Positions 22,165 through 32,161 are shown, counted from the stretch's first letter. The stretch is 64,000 nt of DNA from Acidobacteriota bacterium (GCA_963666055.2 CAXWPH010000015.1:736001-800000), one strand, 5' to 3'. The notes: generated by a model not told the origin, from the sequence alone. A program made the numbers and translations.

Positions 22165-23508
22165 TTGATATCTAAGCGCATCCAAATGGTCCGCAAAGCC
22201 GGCAACACTTACCCAGACCCTTCGAGCCGACGTCGACGCTCTCTGAGCGCGCACTGTCTGGGCGTCGCGTTGTCGACGATGCTGTTGATCAGCAGTGCTC
22301 CGGCGGCGCAACCTGAGGCTGCCCAGCGCGACGATCGTGACCTAGCGGGGCGCCTGGAGCGCAAGGCGCGCCGCGTTGCACGCGAGCTCAAGCGGCGCCA
22401 TCTGCCACACGGGGCCGTCTTCGACCCGATATACGCCGCACCCGACTCCAACGAGATCGTGCGCTACACGCACGCCGGCGACTCGGCAATCTGGACCGGC
22501 CACTACCTCGCCGCGGCCGCCTTCGAGTACGCCGTCACCGGTTCCAGCAAGGCAAAGAGCAAGGTACGTAAGGCCGTCGCGGCGATTCGCGTGCTTCTGG
22601 AAATCACCGGCAACGAGACTCTGGCGCGTGGCGCCGTTCCAACAGATTCGCCGTGGATCGAGGCCATCACCGTGGGTGAGGCTCACCAGGGCGTCTTCGA
22701 GGGAAGCTACGGTGGCATCGACTACCGCTGGGCGGGCACGACGTCGCGCGATCAGTACTCCGGGGTGATCTTCGGCCTCGGCTTCGCGTGGGAGCTGGTG
22801 CCACTCGACGGCATCCGCGCCGAGATCCGCGAGATCGTCACTCGACTCGTCGACTACCTACGCAACCACGCTTGGACCGTGCAAAACCCGGACGGCAGCA
22901 TCAGCACGACGTTCGTTGCGCGGCCTGAACAGATGCTGGCGTTCCTGCAAGTGGCGCGCAGAATCCACCCCGAGCGCTTCGAATTACCTTATGGCGAGGT
23001 GCGCGACGCATTCGGTAAGTTGGTAGATCTGCCCATCTCGCTCGAGGTCACCGACCTACACAACTCGTACTTCAAGTTCAATCTCGACGTCATCAACCTC
23101 GTGCACCTGGTTCGTCTCGAGGAGCCGGGCGAATACCTCGACGAGTATCGCCGCGCCTACGACATCCTCCGCGATGCGGTCGGGTCACACGAGAACGCCC
23201 ACTTCAACATGATCGATCACGTCATCAGTGGCCCGGACAAGGCGCGTGACCGCGAGACCAGGCGGCTCCTAAAGCAATGGTTACAGCGCCCACGACGCAA
23301 CACGACGGTTGACCTTGCCGGTACCTACCCGTCGTGCGGAGACAACCTCGCGTGTGGCGTCATCCCGGTAGCCGAGCGTGTGCCCACCGACTTCCTGTGG
23401 CAACGCGACCCGTTCGTGCTGTCCGGCGGTGGCGGCGGCGATGTCGGCGCGCCGGGAATCGACCTGCTCTTGCCATACTGGATGGCGCGCTATTACGGCG
23501 TGCTGTGA
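22165..23508 (+). CDS. Secreted hypothetical protein, possibly an alpha/alpha-toroid enzyme; start uncertain
   Basis: A long ORF with a signal-like segment and DSAIWTGHYLAA, TSRDQYSG and DLLLPYWMARY. Confidence 0.65.
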   Translation: MISKRIQMVRKAGNTYPDPSSRRRRSLSAHCLGVALSTMLLISSAPAAQPEAAQRDDRDLAGRLERKARRVARELKRRHLPHGAVFDPIYAAPDSNEIVRYTHAGDSAIWTGHYLAAAAFEYAVTGSSKAKSKVRKAVAAIRVLLEITGNETLARGAVPTDSPWIEAITVGEAHQGVFEGSYGGIDYRWAGTTSRDQYSGVIFGLGFAWELVPLDGIRAEIREIVTRLVDYLRNHAWTVQNPDGSISTTFVARPEQMLAFLQVARRIHPERFELPYGEVRDAFGKLVDLPISLEVTDLHNSYFKFNLDVINLVHLVRLEEPGEYLDEYRRAYDILRDAVGSHENAHFNMIDHVISGPDKARDRETRRLLKQWLQRPRRNTTVDLAGTYPSCGDNLACGVIPVAERVPTDFLWQRDPFVLSGGGGGDVGAPGIDLLLPYWMARYYGVL

Positions 23509-23548
23509 GACAGCATCGCCGAGCGACCACCGTCGCACCCCTGGCCTG

Positions 23549-23581
23549 CTAGCAGGCTGTGGTGGGAGTGTGGCCTGCTAG
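23549..23581. repeat. 33-bp mini-derivative of the MITE, abutting copy 2 and preceded by another TIR end
   Basis: CTAGCAGGCTGTGGTGGGAGTGTGGCCTGCTAG, with GGCCTGCTAG ending at 23552. Confidence 0.7.
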
Positions 23582-23856
23582 CAGGCCGTGGTGAAAGTGT
23601 GGTGGGTCTGGTTACGGCGAGTTGGGGCCAGATGCAAGGCGGCCGGACACAGGCGATGCCCTAGCCATCGTCGAGGAAGGCCAACGCTGCAGATGGCCCC
23701 AAATCGCCGTAACCCTTCGGGCGACAGGGGGTTGCGCGCGTAGGCTGCGTCGTTCCTCGTCAACGATGCGGTAACCATCGCCTCCTCCTCTCTCCTTGCC
23801 TCCACTTCGCAAGACCCTGTCGCCAGATCCACCACACTTTCACCACGGCCTGCTAG
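23578..23856. mobile_element. 279-bp MITE-like structured repeat, copy 2
   Basis: Same length, orientation and termini as 15885-16163. Confidence 0.88.
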
Positions 23857-24464
23857 GGTTCCTCCGCGGCGAGCGGGTTACCCATCAACAAGGGGTTGCC
23901 CAGGAGGAACGCGTCGATATCGATCGGTGCGCCGGACTGCTCGATAAGCCGCCGTTGGAGCCGTGCACGCTGAACGGCGGGCATGTTGTCGCCGCTCTCG
24001 TCGGGGAAGAAGGCCTCGCGGATACGGGTTTCGATCGAGGCCAGCAACTGCTGCATGACGATGCCCGTGTAGCGCAGCGCCACCCGGCCGGCCAGGCTAC
24101 GGAGTGTCCAGTAGCTGCGCGCGAAACGCAGGAAAGCTGCCCCCGCCCCCGGATACGCGCGCTCGAGCGATACACCGAACTCGGCCTCGAACCGGTCCAC
24201 CGGAATGAAGGCATGGCCTTCGACGGCAGCGTGAAAGAACCCCTGAAAAGCCGAGTCGAGTACCACTGCCATGCGGTGCTTCAGGCCCGCATCAGCTTCC
24301 CGATCGGTGGCGTGCCGCAGCAAGAGGCCGTCGTCGCCTTCCTCGGCACGAACCCCCACCCGGGCCAACAAGCTGAGAATTGCCGCCTGGCCCTGCTCGA
24401 GTTCGCCGACGTTGGTCATCGATACAGACATTTGACTGGTATAGTAAGGCACTCTGGAGATCAA
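23853..24464 (-). CDS. Hypothetical protein; its stop codon lies in the terminal CTAG of the MITE
   Basis: A 203-aa ORF with no recognisable motif. Confidence 0.55.
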   Translation of the reverse strand: MISRVPYYTSQMSVSMTNVGELEQGQAAILSLLARVGVRAEEGDDGLLLRHATDREADAGLKHRMAVVLDSAFQGFFHAAVEGHAFIPVDRFEAEFGVSLERAYPGAGAAFLRFARSYWTLRSLAGRVALRYTGIVMQQLLASIETRIREAFFPDESGDNMPAVQRARLQRRLIEQSGAPIDIDAFLLGNPLLMGNPLAAEEP

Positions 24465-24466
24465 GT

Positions 24467-25531
24467 ATGGCGCGAAAGCACTCTGATGGCGTCGCCGCGG
24501 CGACGGGTCCCCGCGGACGCGGCGTGGCGCACAACCCGCCGAACCGCTTCGAGCGCTTGTGGATCGAACCCCTCGAGGCGCCCACCGAGCGTGTTCCCAC
24601 GCTCTACATGCGCGACACCACGCGCAGCATCATCGCGCGCAACAACAGTCCCGACGTGCCGTTCGACGCATCGTTGAACCCCTATCGTGGCTGCGAGCAC
24701 GGCTGCGTGTACTGCTACGCGCGCCCTACCCACGAGTATCTCGGTTTCTCGGCCGGGCTCGACTTCGAGACCCGTATCCTGGTGAAGGTCTCGGCGCCCG
24801 AGCTGTTGCGCAAGGAGCTTGCGTCGGCGAACTGGCAACCGCAGGTGCTGAGTCTCAGCGGCGTCACCGACCCCTACCAGCCAATCGAGCGCCGCCTCGA
24901 GCTCACCCGACGCTGCCTCCGAGTGCTGGCAGAGTTCCGCAATCCCGTCACCGTCGTTACCAAGAACGAGCTCGTTGCCCGAGACCTCGACATCCTGAGT
25001 GATCTGGCGCGTCACCAGGCCGCCATGGTGTTTGTTTCGATCACCACGCTGGACGACGAGCTCTGCGGTGCGATGGAGCCCCGCACCTCACGACCTGCTC
25101 GCCGGCTCGAGGCGGTGCAACGAATAACTGCCGCCGGCGTTCCATGTGGAGTCCTGGTCGCGCCGGTGATTCCCGGCCTCACCGACCACGAGATACCGGC
25201 GATCCTTCAAGCCGCCGCCACAGCCGGGGCCACGCAGGCCGGCTACACGACGCTGCGACTGCCGGGCGCGGTTGCCGATATCTTCGAAACTTGGCTACAG
25301 TCGCGGTCGCCGGCCCGGCGAAACAAAGTTCTGGCCCGCATCCGCTCGCTGCGTGGCGGCCGCCGGAGCGATTCGCGCTTCGGTGTACGAATGCGAGGCG
25401 AAGGCGCCTTTGCCGAGCAGATCTCGGCAATATTCTCGATCGCTTGTCGCCGCGTCGGGTTGAACCGGGCACGACGATCCCTCTCGACAACGTCATTTCG
25501 ACGCTCCGGCCAGCAGCGGCTGCCACTTTAG
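24467..25531 (+). CDS. PA0069/SplB-like radical SAM protein
   Basis: NPYRGCEHGCVYCYAR (CxxxCxxC), TDPYQP and APVIPGLTD. Confidence 0.92.
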   Translation: MARKHSDGVAAATGPRGRGVAHNPPNRFERLWIEPLEAPTERVPTLYMRDTTRSIIARNNSPDVPFDASLNPYRGCEHGCVYCYARPTHEYLGFSAGLDFETRILVKVSAPELLRKELASANWQPQVLSLSGVTDPYQPIERRLELTRRCLRVLAEFRNPVTVVTKNELVARDLDILSDLARHQAAMVFVSITTLDDELCGAMEPRTSRPARRLEAVQRITAAGVPCGVLVAPVIPGLTDHEIPAILQAAATAGATQAGYTTLRLPGAVADIFETWLQSRSPARRNKVLARIRSLRGGRRSDSRFGVRMRGEGAFAEQISAIFSIACRRVGLNRARRSLSTTSFRRSGQQRLPL

Positions 25532-25657
25532 ACTCGCACTCAGGACATTCGGCGCCGTGCAACCCACACGGGCCGCGATGCACAATGCAGGTTGCTCGAG
25601 TCCCCAGACTCTCCTGAAGTAGAGGCTCTGCCAGTCCATCTGGGTTCGGTGATATTG

Positions 25658-26737
25658 ATGCCAGCAAATCGTCTGACGCGATTCTCTGTTCTGCCAATTC
25701 TGCTCGCCGCACCCCTCGCCCTGCTGCTGGTAGCAGACTCGGCTCTCGCACAGGATTCCGAGCGCGGTTTCGATCTTTTTCAGTCCGTCGAGTGCGCCGC
25801 CTGCCACGGCAGCGCCGCTCAGGGCATGATGGGGCCGGCCCTCGCCGGCACACGCCTTTCACTGGCGGAGGTTCGTCGTCAGGTACGATCACCGCGCTCG
25901 CGCCGCATGCCGGACTTCAGCGTCGAGGAGCTCTCAGAGGAAGACCTGGCCGACATCTTTGCCTACCTGGCGGCCCTCGAGGCCCCGACGCTCGCAGACA
26001 AGCGCACGTGGTGGGGTATCGACCTGTTGAACCTGCCGACGCCCGCCCTACCGGAAAAGAAGACCCTCGAGCTGCACTTCACGCACCGCTTCTCTGAGTC
26101 CTTGACCGACGCAGGCCGCGAGGGACTCTACGGACTCGATAGCTTCGCTTTCCCGGGTTTCTGGTTCTCCTACGGGCTCAGCGACCGCGTCGCACCCTAC
26201 GTGGGTCGAACCGCGAACCTGGCTACCTGGGAGTTCGGCGTCAAGATCAAGCTGCTCGATGAACACGATAGCTCGTTGCCGATATCAGTCGCTGCCAACA
26301 TCGGTGGCACATTCCTCGACGCCAACGGCATCCCCAACAACAATCGATTCACCGTCGAGCTGCCGGTTGGCGTACGTGCCAGCGAGCGGCTGGCGTTCCA
26401 GTTTGTTCCTATCTACACCACCGACCCCGATGAACAGGACCTCCCGGACAGCGATAGTTATGCGTTCGCCCTGGGATTCGGCGGTAGCCTGCGGCTTTCG
26501 ACAACCTATAGTCTCGACGCCGAGTACATCGCCAACATCGGTGGCTTCGAGCAATTCGATGCCCTCAACCAGTGGCAGGCGGGGGTGACCATCCACGTTC
26601 GACGCCACCTGTTCTCGCTGATGCTGTCGAACAGCATATTGACCACCCCCGATTTCATGGCCGCCGGCTCATTCAGGACCGGAATCAAGAGTAACGTTCG
26701 CTTTGGCTTCAACCTGGTGAGGGCATTCTCGTTCTAG
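25658..26737 (+). CDS. c-type cytochrome fused to a DUF5777-like outer-membrane beta-barrel
   Basis: Signal peptide and CAACH...MP, followed by LELHFTHRF and alternating beta strands. It ends in FGFNLVRAFSF. Confidence 0.75.
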   Translation: MPANRLTRFSVLPILLAAPLALLLVADSALAQDSERGFDLFQSVECAACHGSAAQGMMGPALAGTRLSLAEVRRQVRSPRSRRMPDFSVEELSEEDLADIFAYLAALEAPTLADKRTWWGIDLLNLPTPALPEKKTLELHFTHRFSESLTDAGREGLYGLDSFAFPGFWFSYGLSDRVAPYVGRTANLATWEFGVKIKLLDEHDSSLPISVAANIGGTFLDANGIPNNNRFTVELPVGVRASERLAFQFVPIYTTDPDEQDLPDSDSYAFALGFGGSLRLSTTYSLDAEYIANIGGFEQFDALNQWQAGVTIHVRRHLFSLMLSNSILTTPDFMAAGSFRTGIKSNVRFGFNLVRAFSF

Positions 26738-26802
26738 CTCGGCTGGTGAGCCCCACCTGCCCCGACGCCGGCGCCAACCAACAGGTACACCCCCGAAGGA
26801 CA

Positions 26803-28194
26803 ATGTCGATCTCGCGCCGAGCACCAGCGGCCGCCGTAGCTCTTGCCATCGCGCTTACACTGCCGCTTGCGGTCTCCGGATCGCCACAGAACGAAGATTT
26901 CTTCGACAGCAGCTTCGACGGAGCATGGGCGGGCAGCATCAAGGTCGGCAGCGAGCGTGTGCTCGTGCAGCTAAACCTCAATATCGGCGGCAGCGCCGTC
27001 GGATTCGCCGTCATACAGAACAATCTCGGCTCGACGCCGAGCGGGGTCGACGTGCTGGTTGCCGATTTCACCAAGGTGAGCAACAAGAGCATCCAGTTCC
27101 GCCTCGACGATGCCACGCCGCTGCGCCGGCGCCGCGACACGACGACGTTCAAGCTCAGCCCCAAATCCGGGACGTTGAAGGGCACCGCTTCCGGCAAGGT
27201 GAAAGGCGCCGTCGTGCTCGTGCCCGTGAGCCCCGATCTTCCTCTCCAGAAACTCTGGGCAGGCTCGGTGAAGGTGAACGGCAAGACGATTTTCCTGTTG
27301 CTCCAGCTCACCGACAACGGCGACGGCACCGTGGGTGGGCACGCGGTGGTCGACGGCGAGACAGGCGACGTGGTTGCCACAGCCGACCGTCCCGGTGGTC
27401 GTCGCGCCGGCGTCAGCGGCACCATCAAGCTGAGTTCTGGCGACCTCGGTATCGATCTATCGTTGCAGAAGGGCAACAACCAGCTGGGCGGCAAGATCAT
27501 CGCCGGCGGCAAGCGCGTCAAGGCCAAGCTGAAGCCTGCGGGCAGCAAGGGTAAGCCGATGAAAATTACGGGCACGCAGCGTGCCGCGCTTCGCAACTTA
27601 GCCGCCGGGCAAGCGAACACGATCACGGTGCGCGGCAAGAACTTCGTGGCGGGAGCCAACGTCCACGTCGATAACGGAGCATTCTCGGTTGACAGCGTCG
27701 AGTTCAAATCGGCCAAGCAGCTCGAGGTGGTGATCACACCAGCCGCCTCGGTAGCCAACGGAACCTCGGCGGGCGTGCTCGTGGTCAACGCCGACGGCCA
27801 AACCGGCGAACGCGCCAACGCGCTGACGGTCACGAGCGACGACGGGGGAGGTGGCACCACCGTGAGCTTTGCAGCCGACATTCAACCGATCTTCGACCAG
27901 AGCTGCGCCCTCGCCGGCTGCCACTCCGCCGCTACCGCTAGCGCCGGGTTGGTGCTCGCTGCCGGGTCGGCGTTCGATAACCTCGTCGGCGCACCAAGTA
28001 GCCAACAGCCGGCGACGAGTGGGGTGGCGAGCGGCGACCCCGACAACAGCTACCTCGTACGCAAGATCGAGGGCACCGCCGGAATCAGCGGCGGCCGAAT
28101 GCCGCTGAACCGCAGTCCGTTATCGGCGGTGCAGATCGCCAGCATCCGTGCCTGGATCACCGAGGGGGCTCAAAACAACCGGCGACCCCAGTAG
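26803..28194 (+). CDS. Secreted beta-rich protein with an IPT/TIG-like domain and a C-terminal CxxxxCH cytochrome-like domain
   Basis: ITVRGKNF...VVNADGQ, SFAADIQPIFDQSCALAGCH, GDPDNSYL, GRMP and IRAWITEGA. Confidence 0.7.
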   Translation: MSISRRAPAAAVALAIALTLPLAVSGSPQNEDFFDSSFDGAWAGSIKVGSERVLVQLNLNIGGSAVGFAVIQNNLGSTPSGVDVLVADFTKVSNKSIQFRLDDATPLRRRRDTTTFKLSPKSGTLKGTASGKVKGAVVLVPVSPDLPLQKLWAGSVKVNGKTIFLLLQLTDNGDGTVGGHAVVDGETGDVVATADRPGGRRAGVSGTIKLSSGDLGIDLSLQKGNNQLGGKIIAGGKRVKAKLKPAGSKGKPMKITGTQRAALRNLAAGQANTITVRGKNFVAGANVHVDNGAFSVDSVEFKSAKQLEVVITPAASVANGTSAGVLVVNADGQTGERANALTVTSDDGGGGTTVSFAADIQPIFDQSCALAGCHSAATASAGLVLAAGSAFDNLVGAPSSQQPATSGVASGDPDNSYLVRKIEGTAGISGGRMPLNRSPLSAVQIASIRAWITEGAQNNRRPQ

Positions 28195-28247
28195 TCACGA
28201 CGCGCCGGTCACCACCGCTACCTGATCTCGCAGTCGTGCCATATCGG

Positions 28248-29129
28248 TCACCGCGACGGGTCGAGGGCGGCGCGTTTCATGATGCGCTTTTGGTCACGTG
28301 AGAGAGCGAAGTCGAAACCAATCAGCGCGCCGTCCCATGCCCCGTACTGCGGATTCGGCAGAACGATCCACCGGCTGCCCCAGTACTCGGCATGCTGCCG
28401 CACCATTTCCTTGCGCTTCGATGCGGCAACGTCGTCGCCGGAGACGAAGTCTCCGAGGGCATCGCCGATGAGCAACAGGATGCGATATTCGCGCGCTACT
28501 TCCTGGCGCCTCGTCCCCTTGTCCGAGCCCCAGTCGCCGCGCTCGTCGCGCGTGAGAATCGTGTCGACCTCGGGATCGAGGGGGAAACCGTGGCGGGCGA
28601 GGTTGTTGCGCGTCGCGTCCTCCACCTGGTGGCGCCGGTTGGTGACGTAAAACACTCGTACGCCGCGCTCAGCCGCGGCGCGAGTGAATTCCAGCGCGCC
28701 GGGAATCACCCCCGCCTTCTCCTCGCGGACCCATTCCTGCCAGCCGGGCGTGGCGAAGTCGCGATCGTCCAGTAGCTGGCGGACCTGACTGGGAGAGTTG
28801 TCGAGCACCGTCTCGTCGACATCGAGTATCAGCGCGGGCGGCAGTGCCTCGTAGGCTCCCGTAGCCACCTGCTCGAGGGAGGCGGTCCACGAAACGTCCT
28901 CGAGGGCGCGACCGAGCATCAGCGCCGCGATGGCGTATGCCTGGCGTGTCGTCGCCTCGTACTCACCGGCGGTCTGCACCCAGGCAACGGCGTTGAGGTT
29001 TTCCTCCGTGTAGCTGAACATCGAGCCCGACTGTGCAGTTGGATCCGGGGCACGGATCACTATGAGTCCCAGCGCTGTACCGATCATCACCAGCAGCACC
29101 GCGACCAGCGCGGGAACAATGCGGTTCAT
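28248..29129 (-). CDS. Class C acid phosphatase / 5'-nucleotidase e(P4) family (HAD)
   Basis: DVDETVLDNS, YVTNR, GDALGDF and LPNPQYG. Confidence 0.9.
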   Translation of the reverse strand: MNRIVPALVAVLLVMIGTALGLIVIRAPDPTAQSGSMFSYTEENLNAVAWVQTAGEYEATTRQAYAIAALMLGRALEDVSWTASLEQVATGAYEALPPALILDVDETVLDNSPSQVRQLLDDRDFATPGWQEWVREEKAGVIPGALEFTRAAAERGVRVFYVTNRRHQVEDATRNNLARHGFPLDPEVDTILTRDERGDWGSDKGTRRQEVAREYRILLLIGDALGDFVSGDDVAASKRKEMVRQHAEYWGSRWIVLPNPQYGAWDGALIGFDFALSRDQKRIMKRAALDPSR

Positions 29130-29303
29130 CTCTGTCTCCTGCCGTCCGCGGGCGCTCGCCACCTGCGGGTGGGGATCGGCGGCGGGCCATTGTGTGGGCG
29201 CCCGGCTGGTTCACTCGTCGGCGTCCCAGGTGCCACAATTAAGGTCGTCTGACCTCGGCTCGGCGTCTTGGTCAGCCACCGCGTCCCAGCATAAAGGAAC
29301 CTT

Positions 29304-30644
29304 ATGCGGATCGTGATCACCGGCGACGGTGAGATCGCCTATCAGCTGGCCCAGGCGCTGCACCAGCAGCACGACGTCGTGATCATCGAGAACGACCCGC
29401 GAGAGGCGGATCAGTTCGGCTCGCTCGACGTCCAGCTTCTGCGCGGCGACGCCACCCACCCGGAGATTCTGCGAGAGGCCGGCGTGAGCTCGAGCGACAG
29501 CTTCATCTCCTGTCGTGCATCCGACGAGCTCAACATCATCGCCTGCTTGACAGCCAAGCGGATCGGCTGCGCCCACACGACCTGCTTTGTTTCGAAAGAG
29601 GACTACGTGCGGTCGTTCGCCGGTATCCCCGAGGGCGATGACGCGTTGGCCATCGATCGGATCATCTGGCCGCAGTACATGCTCGCGGAGGAGATCACAC
29701 GCATCGTGCTGGTACCACGGGCCATCGATGTGGAGATCTTCGCCGGCGGCAGAATCTGGCTCATGGAGTTCAAGCTGCGTGAGGACTCGCCCCTGATCGG
29801 GCCATTGCAGCTGCTCAAGCTACCGCTTGGCGTTCTCGCCGTCGCGGTACGTAAGGGCGAGGAGCTGTCTATCCCGTCCGGCAAGACCGAGCTCGAGGCC
29901 GGTGACCGGGTAGCGTTCATGGGGAACCGTGGCGGCCTGCGTCAGCTGCAGGAGCGTTTCATACGAGGGTCCGCGGGTTCGGTCGAGCCACGCGATCGTG
30001 CCGTGATCATCGTCGGCGGCGGCACCGTCGGGCTGACGCTGGCAAAGCGCTTGGAGAGGGAGAAAGACATCCGCCTCAAGATCATCGAACGGGATCGGGA
30101 GCGTTGCCAACACCTCGCCGCTGAGCTACCACGAGCGCTGGTGCTGCGCGGCGATGGCACCGACCTGGCGCTACTCGAGGCAGAACAGGTCGACCAAGCG
30201 AGCGTGCTGGTATCGGTCACCAGCAACGACCAAAGCAATCTGTTGTGCTCGCTGCTCGCCAGCCAGATGCAAGTGCCGAAGATCATCACGCGGGTCAACC
30301 GCAAGCGGAACATCCGGCTTTTCGAGCGCGTCGGCATCGACGTGCCGCTCAACCCGATGGTCACGGCGATCAACGTCGTGTTGAACTCACTCCAAGAGAC
30401 CGGCGTGCAGTTGCTCGCTAGCGTCGAGGGTGGCCAGGCGGCCGTCATCGAGATAAACGTATCCGATGACTTCGAACGTACGCGGGTTCGCGAGCTGCCT
30501 CGGGTTGATGGGACGATCATCGTGGCGGTCACCCGATCCGATCGCACCACGGTCCCGCACGGCGACGACATGATCGAGCCGGGCGATCGGCTGCTCGTCT
30601 TCTCCACGGAAACGGCGCGCGAGAAGCTCCGCAAGCTTTTCTGA
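29304..30644 (+). CDS. trkA: Trk potassium uptake NAD-binding subunit
   Basis: Two RCK_N/RCK_C pairs, including a GGGTVG motif; adjacent to trkH. Confidence 0.92.
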   Translation: MRIVITGDGEIAYQLAQALHQQHDVVIIENDPREADQFGSLDVQLLRGDATHPEILREAGVSSSDSFISCRASDELNIIACLTAKRIGCAHTTCFVSKEDYVRSFAGIPEGDDALAIDRIIWPQYMLAEEITRIVLVPRAIDVEIFAGGRIWLMEFKLREDSPLIGPLQLLKLPLGVLAVAVRKGEELSIPSGKTELEAGDRVAFMGNRGGLRQLQERFIRGSAGSVEPRDRAVIIVGGGTVGLTLAKRLEREKDIRLKIIERDRERCQHLAAELPRALVLRGDGTDLALLEAEQVDQASVLVSVTSNDQSNLLCSLLASQMQVPKIITRVNRKRNIRLFERVGIDVPLNPMVTAINVVLNSLQETGVQLLASVEGGQAAVIEINVSDDFERTRVRELPRVDGTIIVAVTRSDRTTVPHGDDMIEPGDRLLVFSTETAREKLRKLF

Positions 30645-30647
30645 TCG

Positions 30648-32156
30648 ATGCGACTTCGACTCGTCGCCCACGTCGACGGCCTGTTGCTGCGGGCCTTCGG
30701 CGTTTTCCTGTTGGTGCCCATGGTGGTCGATTGGGGCTATGGCAACTGGGCCTCTTCGATCGGGTTCTTGATCGCCGCGCTCAGCGCCGCGGTGTTCGGC
30801 GAGCTGGCCAAACGGATGTCCCCAAAGGGTGAGGACCTGCACCGGGTCGAGGGGATCATGGTGGTGGCTTCAGCATGGTTGGTGGTGTCGTTCTTCAGTG
30901 CCATTCCCTATCTGTGGAACGGCTTGAGCGTGATCGACTCGCTATTCGAATCGATGTCGGGGCTAACCACCACCGGTGCCACCATCTTCACCGACTTCTC
31001 GCGCTACGGTGAAGGCCTGTACCTGTGGCGCAGCATGACCCAGTGGTTCGGCGGAATGGGCGTCATAGCATTGTTCATCGCGGTGCTGCCGCGATTGGCG
31101 ATCGCCGGTCGGCAAATGTTCTTCGCCGAGGCGCCCGGCCCACATGAGGAGCGCCTGACACCTCGTATTCGCCACACGGCGATCGCGTTGTGGTCGCTCT
31201 ACGTCGGCCTGACGATCATCCAGGTGATCGCCTTGCTCGCGGTGGGGATGCCGGTCTTCGACGCCGTCTGCAACTCGCTGACCACCGTCGCCGCCGGCGG
31301 CTTCTCACCCCACCCGCAGAGCATCGGCGGCTACGCCAACCCGGCGGCCGAGTGGGTCTTCGTGCTCTTCATCTTCCTGGCCGGCGCCAACTACTCACTG
31401 CAGTACCGTGCCATTCGAGGTCGACCACTCGATTTGTTTCGCGATGAGGAGTTTCGCGTCTACACGCTGCTGGTCATCGTCGCCACGCTGCTTCTGACCT
31501 ACGTGCTACTACCGTTCAGCCGCGACCCGAGTACGGAGTACCTCGCTGCCAGCACCAGCCTCGGGGTCCTGGCCGAGGCACCGCCGCTTACCGTGGTGAG
31601 ACACGCGGCCTTTCAGGTGCTGACGATCGTTACGACAGCGGGGTTCGCCACCGACGACTTCAACCTGTGGAACGACCAGGCGCGCGTCGTGTTGCTGATT
31701 CTGATGTTTGTGGGCGGCTCGGCTGGCTCCGCTGCCGGCGGTCCCAAAGTGGTACGCATATTGCTCATCTTCAAGTACGCTGCCGCCGAGTTGGTTCGCG
31801 TGATACACCCGCAAGCAGTGAATCCAGTGCGATTCAACCGCCGGGTCGTGCCTACGAAAGTGCTCGGCGCGATCGTCACCGTTCTGCTGCTCTACATCCT
31901 GGTGTTCATTATCAGCGTGCTGTTGGTAACGGTGTTCGGCGCCGATATTCTCACCGCGATCACCGCCTCGATCGCCACGCTCGGCAATATCGGCCCAGGA
32001 TTCTCGACGGTCGGGCCTATGGGTAACTACGCCGCCTTCCCGACGGCCACCAAGGTGGTTCTGTTCCTGAACATGTGGATCGGGCGCCTCGAGGTCATCA
32101 CTGTACTGGTGCTGCTGCAGCCAGCGGTCTGGCGGCGCCTACGCTCGGCGAGCTAG
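30648..32156 (+). CDS. trkH: Trk potassium uptake permease
   Basis: FESMSGLTTTGAT, QWFGGMG, GSAAGGPK, LGNIGPG and MWIGRLE. Confidence 0.94.
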   Translation: MRLRLVAHVDGLLLRAFGVFLLVPMVVDWGYGNWASSIGFLIAALSAAVFGELAKRMSPKGEDLHRVEGIMVVASAWLVVSFFSAIPYLWNGLSVIDSLFESMSGLTTTGATIFTDFSRYGEGLYLWRSMTQWFGGMGVIALFIAVLPRLAIAGRQMFFAEAPGPHEERLTPRIRHTAIALWSLYVGLTIIQVIALLAVGMPVFDAVCNSLTTVAAGGFSPHPQSIGGYANPAAEWVFVLFIFLAGANYSLQYRAIRGRPLDLFRDEEFRVYTLLVIVATLLLTYVLLPFSRDPSTEYLAASTSLGVLAEAPPLTVVRHAAFQVLTIVTTAGFATDDFNLWNDQARVVLLILMFVGGSAGSAAGGPKVVRILLIFKYAAAELVRVIHPQAVNPVRFNRRVVPTKVLGAIVTVLLLYILVFIISVLLVTVFGADILTAITASIATLGNIGPGFSTVGPMGNYAAFPTATKVVLFLNMWIGRLEVITVLVLLQPAVWRRLRSAS

Positions 32157-32161
32157 TCGGC

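Noticed and set aside
26709-27881. Long antisense ORFs (for example 26709-27881, 34310-35407 and 55149-56261)
   Set aside because: These are shadow frames of well-supported genes, which is expected in high-GC DNA.
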